This document shows, piece after piece, positions 1 through 11,289 of a DNA stretch of 64,000 nt. This stretch comes from Octopus bimaculoides (Eukaryota), in assembly GCF_001194135.2 (NCBI RefSeq), contig NC_068994.1, positions 22,194,834 through 22,258,833 of the forward strand. The letters are read 5' to 3'. How positions within the stretch are numbered: the first letter of the stretch is position 1; every line of letters begins with the position of its first letter. The position numbers were made by a program, and so were the translations under genes. The notes below the pieces were generated by a model. It saw only the letters and a list, made by a program, of their open reading frames with translations. It did not search any database and had not been told where the DNA came from.

Positions 1-169
1 TTTATATGTTGTTATACCATAATTTTAAAAAACAAATTCGATACGTCATACAGCTTTTACTTTTCCTGATGCTATTCTATACCTATACCAAGTTGGCTAT
101 AATTCTAGATATCGGGTCCTCTCAAAACGAAGGGAAGAAATAGAATATTTCTCCTCCAATCCCAATTTA

Positions 170-620
170 AACAGATTTAGGAAAGTCCGTGAACAAATAA
201 AATCGTTAGAAAAATGAGCTAAGGGAAATAATTCGTATCGGCCTACAGTGCGAATTTAGATAATTAAGACAAATGGTAATATGGTGAGGAGTCCAAAAGA
301 ATTGAGGGATACATTTTATGCAGAAAGAGGAAGCAAATGACTTTATGGATGATCCCTTACTTCTAATTGTCGCTCTATCTGCTCAATAGCATAATTCAAA
401 TTTTGTTTTTATTAAGATGCAATAAACACGGTATATTTTGTTTCTTTAGTATAACCAAATTAACAAATATGTGAGAATCGGGTTGTTTGACAACAAGGGA
501 AATACACCGGCAACACCGAAACCTACAAGATGCAACAGCAGTAGACAATGTCCTTGTGATCCAATCATAATTAGATCTATTTTACCAAAATGGAACTATA
601 AATTAATTAAGCAACACAGA
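170..620 (+). mobile_element. Highly degraded Tx1/L1-like LINE ORF2 relic
   Basis: Translations IKTNGNMVRSPKELRDTFY and SSRQCPCDPII resemble the linker and SVRQGCPLSPLL motifs of better-preserved Tx1-like copies in this window; many stops. Confidence 0.3.
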
Positions 621-1197
621 ACGAATTGCATCTGTTTAGTCTCTTATTCTATTACTATAAATTTGTGTTTGCTGGATTAGTAGGAGAGCAAAAGATTCAT
701 TAAAAAGACTTGTCAAGTTTTTACCGCCAACTTCCCTTTAAAAGTAAGATGATTTATTAGTGTAAGTCAATCATTTGTTTACCTTTACAATCTTGATATA
801 TGCCTTGTAATCTACTTGCGCTATATTATATATAAAAAAAAGAAGGTTAAATCGTTGCTTAGTTATTTATTATATATTCATTCTGTTTAGTTACTAATAC
901 TCTCGCCAAGTAATGTTATTGAAATGCCAATTGTCTACAACGGATCTCGGTTCAAAACTTCAAGAACATGGATAAAACTGGTAAGATCTAATGTGACTAA
1001 TTAACTAACTATCTAGTTAACTAGCTAACTAATTAACTAACTAGAAATTTATTAATCTATAATTAAGTTACCACTTGTCTATCTCTACACATCTTATTTT
1101 ACTAAATGACCGTCCATCCATTCCTGTTCTATTTATTCACAATTTTTTTTATATATCTTTTCATATATCCAGCTATTCACCCAACTCCTCCACCTGT

Positions 1198-1199
<2 letters not shown>

Positions 1200-1249
<50 letters not shown>

Positions 1250-1250
1250 T
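1200..1250. repeat. Compound (TC)n(AC)n microsatellite
   Basis: Seen directly. One of many (AC)n, (TA)n, (TC)n and (TATG)n tracts, e.g. 1925-1972, 21698-21762, 38079-38140, 44699-44805, 49838-49940, 57020-57098. Confidence 0.95.
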
Positions 1251-1921
1251 ACATTTCCAAGAGTTTTAGCATCGAAATCAAATATTTCTAGCCTACACTT
1301 GATCGCGGTCAAGCTCGTAGCAATCTATGGTCTTCGAGAGCCTTCACACAAATAAAAAGTCAGAATCCGAGCAATCTAATATTAATTTGTCTATTTGAAA
1401 CAACAAAATTCAGCTCTGCGTACAGTGAATAGCGTACCTTGTTCACTTCCAAAGACTTCAGCATTTCTTCGATTTCGCAAAGAAAGTGATAGCAATGATC
1501 TGACAATAAATATTTTAAACAAACACTGCAGGAAATATTGCTCATTAATAGCCCAAAAAATGTTGGATCAGTATCAGACACTACCATACTAATATGTGAA
1601 TTTTACTGTAAATATAGAACTACTTTTATATTTTTCAACTGCAAATCATTTGAATATTTTGGAACTAATCTTTGAAATAAATAAGCAAGCAAAAGTGAAA
1701 CTAATAAATTGAAGAAATTCTGTTGAAGTAAAAATGATAATCGCTATTCCATGATTGCTCTCAGCTTATCTCTCAGCATAAAAAATCAAACCTATTTCAT
1801 CAGTTAGTTATACTAACAAATACATGATAAAACAATAAAAAATTAATTTGGTGTGATATAATGCTTTAACAATTTTACTTGGGAAACATGAACATAATAC
1901 ATGCATGTGATAAGTAGTGCC

Positions 1922-1976
<55 letters not shown>

Positions 1977-3279
1977 CTAGTGCTTACAGTCAAAGTTGAC
2001 AGGTTTATCTGTCTTTCAATAATTTTAAACTTTTTTGCTTTGAGCCTTTCTCCATTTTCCTTTTGTGTTTCGTTTTGTCTTGTTTCAGTTCTTTTTACTT
2101 GGAGGCCCTCTTGCTTCTTGCATTTCTTGTTTCCTCTCCAATTCATATCAAGCAGTAACTTTTTCTTGTGATGATCTTCATTTTTCTGCAGTTTAAAGTT
2201 GAGCATGTTCTCTGTAAATTACAATTTCTTTATCTGTCTGACATTCAGTCACCTATCGACCTAGTAACCTGTCAGTGAACAAGACATGTGCTTCGAATGG
2301 AAGACAACCAACTCTCAAAGCAAATATGCTTCATCCTGCTAGAGGAAACAGCTGAAGCACTTTCTGAAGGGATTATTTGAAAATTTCCACATTAATATCA
2401 ACATCTGGGCAGCTTTCACTTCCAAGACAGCCTGGATTTTCATCACAGTATGGATATACAATGCACATGAAGATGGTAACTACATAAAAAGGTGATGATC
2501 ATTCAAAATTGATGGAACCTTTACATGAGGGAGACATAGAAAGTCTAAGTATGAAGTAGTGAAGACTAATCTCAGGATGCTGCATCTCATGCAAAGGTTC
2601 ATGATGACTGGCAACGTACAGTACTGGATAAAATTCACCTACTCTTGCAGGCATGGCATAAGGAACATTAAAATAATGGTAGTGTTGGAGGGTGGGAGGG
2701 ATACATATCTATATTACCCAATTTAGCTTTCACATGCTGCCTTTGTACAGACATATGCTTGACATAACCTTGCTAAGCTTCTATCTGCTGCTCCCAATAT
2801 GTGTTCCTTACTGTCTCGTCTCTCTATCACTAATCTCTCTGATATTCCTCTCTCCATTCACCTCCACTCATCTTGTTTCCCTCCTATCCACTGAACTATC
2901 ACTCTGTTTTCTCCTGCCATACTCTCACTTCAGTATTCAGTCTCTTCCATTACTCACCCTAGCATCCTTTCAACTGTTTCCCTTATCTTACTTTTACTCT
3001 CTTAACCCACTTACTCTTGTTCTTTAGTTATCAGTCCTTCTTTTATTCAACTTTTCTGATAATGTTTCCTTGAATGAATAGAGACTCCAAGGATTCATCG
3101 GGATTCTTTAGTCTTATGGGGCACTATGCAACATCAATGGTGCTGATGCCACACTAAAATGAACTTGTGCACTGTAAAAGTGGTTAGTGAATGAGCAGAC
3201 ACAATATAGATTTGAGGAGACTCTTTAATCTGTCAGAAGATGTGACATCTTCTCTAGTGCTGGTGTCATGATAAAATGC

Positions 3280-3472
3280 TGCAATATACTCTGTAAAGTT
3301 AGTAATGTCAGGAAGGACATCCAGCCCTAGAAACCAAGCCAAAAATGGAATGTGTTGAACTAGACATGGGCTTTTGACCTGTCTAGCAGGACAGTAACTC
3401 TGAACAGAAGCAGATACAGATCAGAGTGAGCTGTCCATCTCATATGAGTATGGATGTAAAAATGATGATGAT
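3280..3472 (+). mobile_element. Degraded RTE 3' tail fragment
   Basis: ACTCTGTAAAG...AGGAAGGACATCCAGC...(GAT)n matches the 3' ends of the RTE copies at 7.4 kb and 17.1 kb. Confidence 0.55.
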
Positions 3473-3504
3473 GGTATATACACTGAGACACAAATATATG
3501 TATA

Positions 3505-3727
3505 CAGTAATCCCTTGACTATCGCAGGTGTTACATTCCAAAACCCCCCCACAATAGGTGAAAATCTGCGAAGTAGAAACAGTACTGCACTATATATATT
3601 TTTTATTATTTTTATAATTTGTATATATTCATTTTATTATAAATGCAAAACAACACCACAGAGAAATCAATGTAAGCTTAAATAATAAACCAAAATAGGT
3701 GAGCCTCAATATGGCATGGGAATACTG
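3505..3727. mobile_element. Tigger/pogo-like MITE
   Basis: Ends TA|CAGTAATCCC ... GGGAATACTG|TA: imperfect terminal inverted repeats with TA target duplication; no ORF. Confidence 0.65.
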
Positions 3728-4030
3728 TATGTGAAAGCACATTACCTATTGGTTAGAGTGTTGGTCTCATGATCATAACGATGTGGGTTTGACTACTGGC
3801 TTTGTATATTGTGTCCTTGAGTAATGAATATCATTTCACTTAGTGTTGGTCTACTCAGCTGAAAACATGGACCAGCTTTGTGGTGGTCTATCTTTCTCAC
3901 CTTCAGTGGTCTGCTGAGTAGGAGAGCCAAGACAGTGCCTCTACTCAGAACTATTACATAGGCACCTTAAGTGTTAACAAAAGCATGGTACCTGCTATCA
4001 GATTATACTCACTTGCAAGTGATGGCTTTA

Positions 4031-4244
4031 CTCTTTTATTTGTTTCAGTCATTTGACTGTGGCCATGCTGGAGCACCGCCTTTAGTCGAGCAAATTGACC
4101 CCAGGACTTATTCTTTGTAAGCCTAGTGCTTATTCTGTTGGTCTCTTTTGCCGAACTGCTAAGTTACAGGGACACAAACACACCACCATCAGTTGTCAAG
4201 TGATGTTGGGGGAACAAACACAGACACACAAACATATACACATG

Positions 4245-4281
<37 letters not shown>

Positions 4282-5133
4282 TCATCATCATCATCATCGT
4301 TTAACGTCCGCTTTCCATGCTAGCATGGGTTGGACGATTTGACTGAGGACTGGTGAAACCGGATGGCAACACCAGGCTCCAGTCTGATTTGGCAGAGTTT
4401 CTACAGCTGGATGCCCTTCCTAACGCCAACCACTCAGAGAGTGTNNNNNNNNNNNNNNNNNNNNNNNNNNNNNNNNNNNNNNNNNNNNNNNNNNNNNNNN
4501 NNNNNNNNNNNNNNNNNNNNNNNNNNNNNNNNNNNNNNNNNNNNNNNNNNNNNNNNNNNNNNNNNNNNNNNNNNNNNNNNNNNNNNNNNNNNNNNNNNNN
4601 NNNNNNNNNNNNNNNNNNNNNNNNNNNNNNNNNNNNNNNNNNNNNNNNNNNNNNNNNNNNNNNNNNNNNNNNNNNNNNNNNNNNNNNNNNNNNNNNNNNN
4701 NNNNNNNNNNNNNNNNNNNNNNNNNNNNNNNNNNNNNNNNNNNNNNNNNNNNNNNNNNNNNNNNNNNNNNNNNGGTGAGGCCCAATGTACGAAGGTCTTG
4801 CCTCACCACCTCAGCCCAGGTCTTCCTGGGCCTACCTCTTCCACGGGTTCCCTCAACTGTTAGGGTGTGGCACTTTTTCACGCAGCTATCCTCCTCCATT
4901 CTCACCACATGTCCATACCAGCGCAATCGTCTCTCTTGCACGCCACAACTGATGCTTCTAATGTTCAGCTTTTCTCTCAAGATACTTACACTCTGACGGG
5001 TATATATATATATATATATATATACATATATATACGATGGGCTTCTTTCAGTTTCTGTCTACCAAATCCACTCACAAGGCTTTGGTCGGCCCGAGGCTAT
5101 AATAGAAGACACTTGCCCAAGGTGCCACACAGT
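4031..5133 (-). mobile_element. tRNA-derived SINE family A, split by a nested RTE insertion
   Basis: The 3' part (4031-4260) and 5' part (5010-5133, with CORE-like GGCACCTTGGGCAAG) match the intact copy at 24976-25350. The RTE sits inside the internal (TA)n tract. Confidence 0.8.
4280..5001 (-). mobile_element. 5'-truncated RTE LINE 3' end (contains assembly gap)
   Basis: ORF RRLRWYGHVVRMEEDSCVKKC...GRGRPRKTWAEVV; 3'UTR ending in (GAT)n; flanked by (TA)n on both sides. Confidence 0.9.
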
Positions 5134-5423
5134 GGCTTTGTTTTCTTTTACACATAATTATATTCATATGTGTATCTGTGTGTGTGTGTGTATATATATC
5201 CAAATATATGTCTGTGGTGTACATATCATCATACATAAAATAATATAGGTGGCTAGATGCAATGTAAAACCAAAAAGGAAGAATTCAGTTGTCACTAAAA
5301 GTGACTGAGAGTGCATTATAGCATCTACATTGCTAGAAATAATAGTCAAAAACCCTTATAGCCACAAACATAGCACATGTCTATGTAATGGCAGATGAGT
5401 TAACCACCCCATAATGAGCGAGG

Positions 5424-5475
5424 GTACTAAATTGGAAAGCCAATTTTGCTTGAAATTAAAGTTCATCTGTAGTAC
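5424..5475 (-). ncRNA. Type I hammerhead ribozyme motif, copy 1 (core mutated)
   Basis: Minus strand reads GTACTA CAGATGA ACTT TAATTTC AAGC AAAA TTGG CTTT CCAA TT TAGTAC. Stems I and III pair perfectly; core changes are U4>A, G10.1>A and G12>A. Confidence 0.7.
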
Positions 5476-5766
5476 TATTACTCTATCGTTTATAGTTAAG
5501 TCAGATCCAACCTGTCAGTATATAGATTTTAGCATAGGAATCAAAGGGTGATTCAGCAAATGATTATGTGAAAATTACAAAATAATAAAGGTGACTAGAC
5601 ACAATATAAAACCAAAAGGGAAAAATTCAGTTATCACTAATAAGTGATTGAAGGTGCATTATAGCACCTATATTGCTAGAAATAAGTGTCAAAGACCCTT
5701 ATAGCCACAAGCATAGCACAAGTCTATGTGCTCACAGGGGAATTAACCACCCCATAGCAAGCAAGG

Positions 5767-5818
5767 GTACTAAATTGTCAAGCCATTTTCGCTTGAAATT
5801 AAAGCTCATCAGTAGTGC
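5767..5818 (-). ncRNA. Type I hammerhead ribozyme motif, copy 2 (core intact)
   Basis: Minus strand reads GCACTA CTGATGA GCTT TAATTTC AAGC GAAA ATGG CTTG ACAA TT TAGTAC. CUGAUGA, GAAA and stem II are intact; one mismatch in stem I and two in stem III. Confidence 0.75.
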
Positions 5819-5920
5819 TACTTATATATTCACATTCACAAATGCACACATGTATAGGTATATAATCTATGTAATTATATAGTCACCAATACATGCATGT
5901 ACATTATATATATATATATA

Positions 5921-7520
5921 TGATCTAGAGAAAGCCTTCGACAGAATACCCTACTGTGTGATATGGTGGGCACTGAGGAGACTAGGGATAGAAGAGTGGC
6001 TGGTGAAAGCTGTACAGGCCATGTACAGATACACTGTAAGTAAGGTGAGAGTTAACCATGAGTCCAGTGGAGAATTTTGTGTGTAGGTAGGGTTTCATCA
6101 AGGCTCATTCCTTAGTCCCTTCCTTTTCATCATTGTCCTCCAGGCCATAACAAAAGAATTCAAGACCTACAGCTTCTGAGAACTACTACAAGCTGATGAT
6201 CTTACCCTCATTGCAGATTCCATATCAGAGCTAGAAGAGAAATTCCAGTTGTAGAAGCAAGACCTGGAATCTAAGGGCCTTTAGGTTAACTTAGCAGAGA
6301 CTAAAGTCCTAGTAAGCAAGAAAACTGACAGGACCCTACTATCCCCTTCAGGTAAGCAGCCCTGTTCAATTTGTAGGAGAGGTGTAAGCAGGATCTCCAT
6401 ACAGTGTACTCAGTGTAAGCTATGTACACACAAGAGGTGCAGTGGATTAATAGGAAGATTATCAGAGAAGATAGTCTCTGTATGTGAAAGATGCCCAGGA
6501 TCCATAAAAACTATAGAGACTCGAGAAATTGATTCTCTCAAATACCCTGGTGGCTCATTAGAGGTAGTAGATAATTTCTGCTACTTAGGGGACCAAATCA
6601 GTAGTGGGGGTGATGCATAGAGAATGTGATAGCTAGAATAAGAATATGATAGAGGAAATTCAGAGAGCTGTTACCTTTTTTGGGTATGAAAAGTTTCTCT
6701 GAGTGAAAGGAAAATTGTATGATGGATGTATATGGACAGTAATTCTACATGAAATGTGTGCTCTGAATGCAGAGGATATGCAAAGGTTAGAAAGAAATGA
6801 GTCTAGTATACTCCACTGGATGTGTAATGTGAGTGTACATGTTCAGCAGACTGCTAGTGCTTTAAGAGAGAAGTTAAGCATAAGAGGAATTAGTTGATGT
6901 GTGCAAGACAGAAGACTGCACTGGCTTGGTCATGTGATACTGATGGATGCCAACAGCTCCCTAAAGAAGTGCTGATCTCTCAAAGTAGAAGGAACATGCG
7001 GAAGTGCAAGACCCAGGAAGACATGGGACAATGTGCTAAAAAACAACCTGAGAACACTGAAACTTTCAGGTGAGATGACAAAGGACTGAGATGCCTGGCA
7101 TCTTGCTGTACTCAAGAAGACCCATACTCTGCAGCAAAAGAGTTAAGACTAGTCCCCCTGGTGGTGAGGATTGACCTGCAAGAGTCCTGGGTTGGTGCCA
7201 CGTAAAAAGCATTCATGGTGGTGCCACATAAAATTGCCCATGCAGTACCATGTAAAAGCACCAATACAGTGCTACATAAAACCACCCACGCAATACCATC
7301 TAAAAGCTCCCATGCAGCACCACATAAAGTACTGATGTGGAGCCACATAAAAGCACCCAGCACACTCTGTAAAGTGGTTGGCATAAGAAAGGGCATCCAG
7401 TCATAGAAACCATGCCAAATCAGCCTGGAGTCTGGTGCTGCTCCCCAACCTGTCAGCTCTAATCAAACCATCCAACCGATGCCAGCATGGACAAAAGAAA
7501 TTAAATGATGTTGATGATGT
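5921..7520 (+). mobile_element. 5'-truncated, degraded RTE LINE (RT motifs, PHD insert, 3'UTR)
   Basis: DLEKAFDRIP, GFHQGSFLSPFLF, ADDL, C4HC3 motif and RPRKTW; ends in (GAT)-like tail; starts in (TA)n; multiple stops and frameshifts. Confidence 0.9.
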
Positions 7521-7693
7521 ATATATAAATATACACATATATACAACATGATGTGCTGTCTACACACAACAAATAATCAGTAATGTTAGAGATCAGAATA
7601 ATTTACCATGTTAAACTCCTACTCTCATGTAAAATGCACATCCATGTACAGTGTTGCATATACTGTGAAATAGGCTAACAGAGCAAAATACTT

Positions 7694-7810
7694 TTAACTC
7701 TTTAGCATTTAAACTGACCAGATCCAACCTCTTACTCTGTGATTAATTCGAAACAATGCGAATAAATAAAGATTACATTTAACTGGGTAACTTGAATGCT
7801 AAAGAGTTAA
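7694..7810. mobile_element. piggyBac-type MITE (internally deleted)
   Basis: TTAA|CTCTTTAGCATT ... AATGCTAAAGAG|TTAA: 12-bp TIR with TTAA target duplication; longer relative at 24262-24487. Confidence 0.7.
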
Positions 7811-8489
7811 AGGACAACAGAAAACAATGATATTTCAAAATATTCATTCCTACATCTGTTTCACCAATCTTTAAGTAACATTATTATGTAATTTGTAGGA
7901 ACCAGCTTGTTAGGTTGTTTTTTTTTTTGTTGTTTTTTTTAAAATATGAACTACAATGTTCATATTTCAAAGTATGCCAGAAAGTGAATATTAAATGATG
8001 ATAATGATGATGTTACTACAGTTACAGATCATCTTACCCCACTGTAAATTAGGTCCCTAATGTAGCAGAAGCTATCTACTGCTTCTAAGAAAACTTGTGG
8101 GTATTCGAATGTATTTATTTTGTATTCAAATGAATTTTATTTTGCACTCTTGTGCACCTGTCACATTTGAAGTCTATCTTTCTGGGATCCTGCTTCACTT
8201 CTTATGCATCAATTGTTTACCTTGGATGTATACTATAATATAACATATGTGTGTATGTGGAATTTCTGCCTACACTTTTGCTGTATGTCAAGCATAGCAA
8301 TTTCCCTGATAATAGCAGTTCTATTGAATTTTAAATTAACATTGAAATTCTATAGAACTATAAAATTTACAGTGTTAGTGCTCCACATAATGTACATGCA
8401 GTGCCAATTATTATTCTTCAACTTCTTCTTCTTCTTCTTTAGATGTCAAAAACTCTCCTAAGTATCCTAGCTGTCCCTAATAACACTGT

Positions 8490-9140
8490 TGTTGTTGTTG
8501 TTATTGTTATTATTACTATTCATATACACTCAACAGATTAGATTGTTGGAAAAGAAAAGAATCCTAACATCAGGCTACAAGTATCCTTACATGCCAAGAA
8601 TCCTTCTATTGGGTTACAACAAGTTGCCTTAGATGTCAAGAACCCTCCTAAGTATCCTAGCTGTCCCTAATAACAGTGTTTTCTGCAGCTTTACTAAACT
8701 GGGTTTTATGCCTATTTCTTCTATCCATCTGTTCAGATCTTTAGGGATAGTCCACAATGCACCTATAACTACTAGGATACATTTTATCTGCACATTCCAT
8801 AGTCTCTGTAATTCTATAGCTAGGTCCTAATACTTTGCTATTTTCTCTATACCTCTCATATTGATTTTCTCATCATTTGGGACTGTAAAGTCAATTAGCT
8901 GACACTTTCTATTCATCTACTACTATCAAATCAGGCCTTCTAGCTCCTATTATTCTGTCAGTCTGAATGTTAAAGTCCCACAACATCTTGTATTTCTTAC
9001 TTTCTAGTACTTTACTAGGTTCATGTTCATACCATTTATCAGTATGTTCAAATCCTAGCTTTCTACATTGCTCTTCCTAGATTGTCATGTCTTTTCTTGT
9101 ATTCTTTCTGTGCCTGCATGCTACATTCACTTATTATTTT
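8490..9140 (-). mobile_element. 3' end of RLE-type (R4/Dong-like) non-LTR retrotransposon
   Basis: Minus-strand peptides CSMQAQKEYKKRHD, WDFNIQTDRIIGARRPDLIVVD and VLLGTARILRRVLDI* fit the restriction-like endonuclease region; (CAA/TAA)n tail. Confidence 0.8.
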
Positions 9141-9154
9141 AATTATTTCTGAAC

Positions 9155-10360
9155 AGATGGTCCCATTAAGTTGCTCAGAGTCTGGTTTGGTCCAGACCTT
9201 CAGGTGGAGAAGAACTGAGACGAGGTGATGAGCAGGGTGGCCAATGTCACCCAGAAATGGGCTGAGAGGAAGCTGTCCCTGAATGGTCTAGCAGAGGTGG
9301 TGAATGCATACATCGCATCCATCATCTATTACCGCTTGACTGTCATCCCTTGCCCCATTTGCTGGTTGACCTAGCTGCTGCACTTACTCTTCCGCTTTCT
9401 GTGGTAGGGACGCATTCCACTGGTCAGGCGCTCCATCTGCTGTCAACAGCCACTGAATGGAGGGCTAGGCATGCTGTGGTTATTGATGCGCAGACATGTG
9501 CTGAGGTTGCGGCATCTCCAGCGTTTCCTTGACCATGAGCAGGTGTGGTCACCGTTTGTCAGGCATGCTTTTCCTCAGCTCCTCTCTTTGACTGAGCTGC
9601 AATCCTAGATTAGGCGTAGACTGAGGAGGAGTACTTGGCACCTCAAGTGCCATCAAGCGGTCACAGCCCTCTGCTGGGCAGGCAATGCAGTCAGTGGTAG
9701 TTCCACTCTAACGTTCTGTAGAGGGCTAGTGGAGGGAAAGTACGACAATGTTCTCGGGAAAACTCTGGGTGTCGATGAAGATGAACAAACTGGTCTGTTT
9801 CAGGGAACTTTTGGGCCTGGGCCTATGGATAACTTCCAGAAATCCCTTGCCTGGCAGTGCTACCGAGGGGCGCTGCCTGTTCGGGATAAGCTTTACAGGC
9901 ACAGAAGTGCCATCAGCTGGGCCTGCCCAAGGTGCACCCAGAATGATGAAACCGTTCTGCATGCCCTAGTCCAGTGCCCAAGTATTACTGACCTGTGGGT
10001 TTATGTCAAACACCTGCTGTTGTGTGTAGGACAGATCCAGCTGTCAGCTAAACCCATTGGGAAGATTTCCCCACTGCCCTCTTTTGGTTAGGAGGGGCAG
10101 GCAATTTTTATTTAAAGGGCTAAAGACGGACACTTTCCTCTTTGGCCAAGCCCTCATTAACTTTTTCAAGTTTCACTTGAAAAGGAAGTTGAGGGTGGAG
10201 AGGGAAGTGTTTCCTTGTAGCAAGTTTGTTGAAAGATGGGTGAATGTTGGAAGAATGACCAGTGGGAAAGAACCAATTTTGAGCGTGCACTGTGAAAAAT
10301 TTAAAGGAGATTGATCAGGCACCCGTGGATTTTGTGAGCCCTTGTGGCTAATGAAAGAAT
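9155..10360 (+). mobile_element. 5'-truncated Tx1/L1-like LINE, ORF2 C-terminal part
   Basis: GPIKLLRVWFGPDLQ, IIYYRLTVIPCP and CPRCTQNDETVLHALVQCP (zf-RVT-like CCHC); followed by (ATT)n. Confidence 0.85.
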
Positions 10361-10404
10361 GAATTATTATTATTATTATTATTATTATTGTTGTTGTAGT
10401 TGTT

Positions 10405-10612
10405 GTTGTTTAGGGTAGTGTTAGCATGTCAGGCAAAATGCTGCTGAGCATTTCATCTGTCTTTGCATTCTGAGTTCAAATTCTGCCGGGGTCAACTTTG
10501 TCTTTCATCTCTTCAGGGGCAATAAAATAAGTACCAGTTGAGTACTGAGGTCAATGTAACCGACATAGCCTTCCCCAGAAATTGCTGGCCTTGTGCCAAA
10601 ATTTGAAACCAT
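10405..10612 (+). mobile_element. tRNA-derived SINE family B
   Basis: B-box-like GAGTTCAAATTC and 3' TTGCTGGCCTTGTGCCAAAATTTGAAACC. Related copies at ~18176-18390 (-), ~22215-22365 and ~28370-28497. Confidence 0.7.
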
Positions 10613-11289
10613 TATTATTATAATTGTTATTGTTGCTTTGTTTTATACAAATCATTCTGAGTCTGACCCAAAGATCTCAAGTAACAGCAAATTGGACTTT
10701 TTACTATGAGTGTTATTTATCAGTATTATTAATGAGAAGCAATGATATATTGCAGAGAAAGGAGGCCAAATACTGAGAATTAAGATTTCATTCACAAATT
10801 GTAATATTTGCAATTTTGAAAGACTTTAAAGAATTCAGATATTCTTAGGTTGATAGCAATTTTCTTAGGATGTGGCCAATATCCTAAGAAATGGGAACAG
10901 TTTTTTTTTTTTGTAGTTCTGATGTTTTGGGGTTTACTGATATTTGACGTTGGTATTTAAGAGTACCATTTAGTATTATCCTCAAAGCTCCGATGATCAC
11001 AGGTACATTTTATAACAAAGCCTATCCTTCTCCTTGTCACTTAATACATGCCAAGTGGTTAGTATTTACACAACTTAGGAAGTTTATAAATGTTTGTTGC
11101 AGTTCATTTGAAGAACAATAGCAAATCCTCGTAAGGTAGAAACATCTGACCATGAGTGTGAAGTATTTCAGTGAAACCATAAAATCACACAAACTTTTTT
11201 TTCTTTCTTTTCAGTTGCTGAAAACAGATACCATCAAATTGAATCACCAATGGATGCCTCTACTCTTCCTGTCTGGTCAACATCATTAG

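Larger units (their letters stand above)
5236..5820 (-). repeat. Two ~240-bp direct repeats (5236-5477, 5579-5820), period 343 bp, each starting with an HHR on the minus strand
   Basis: Visible alignment at roughly 80% identity by eye, with a ~100-bp unique spacer. Confidence 0.85.

Noticed and set aside
2230-2600. NIWAAFTS peptide resembling a Tc1 catalytic motif
   Set aside because: Single weak motif; no TIRs or other conserved residues.
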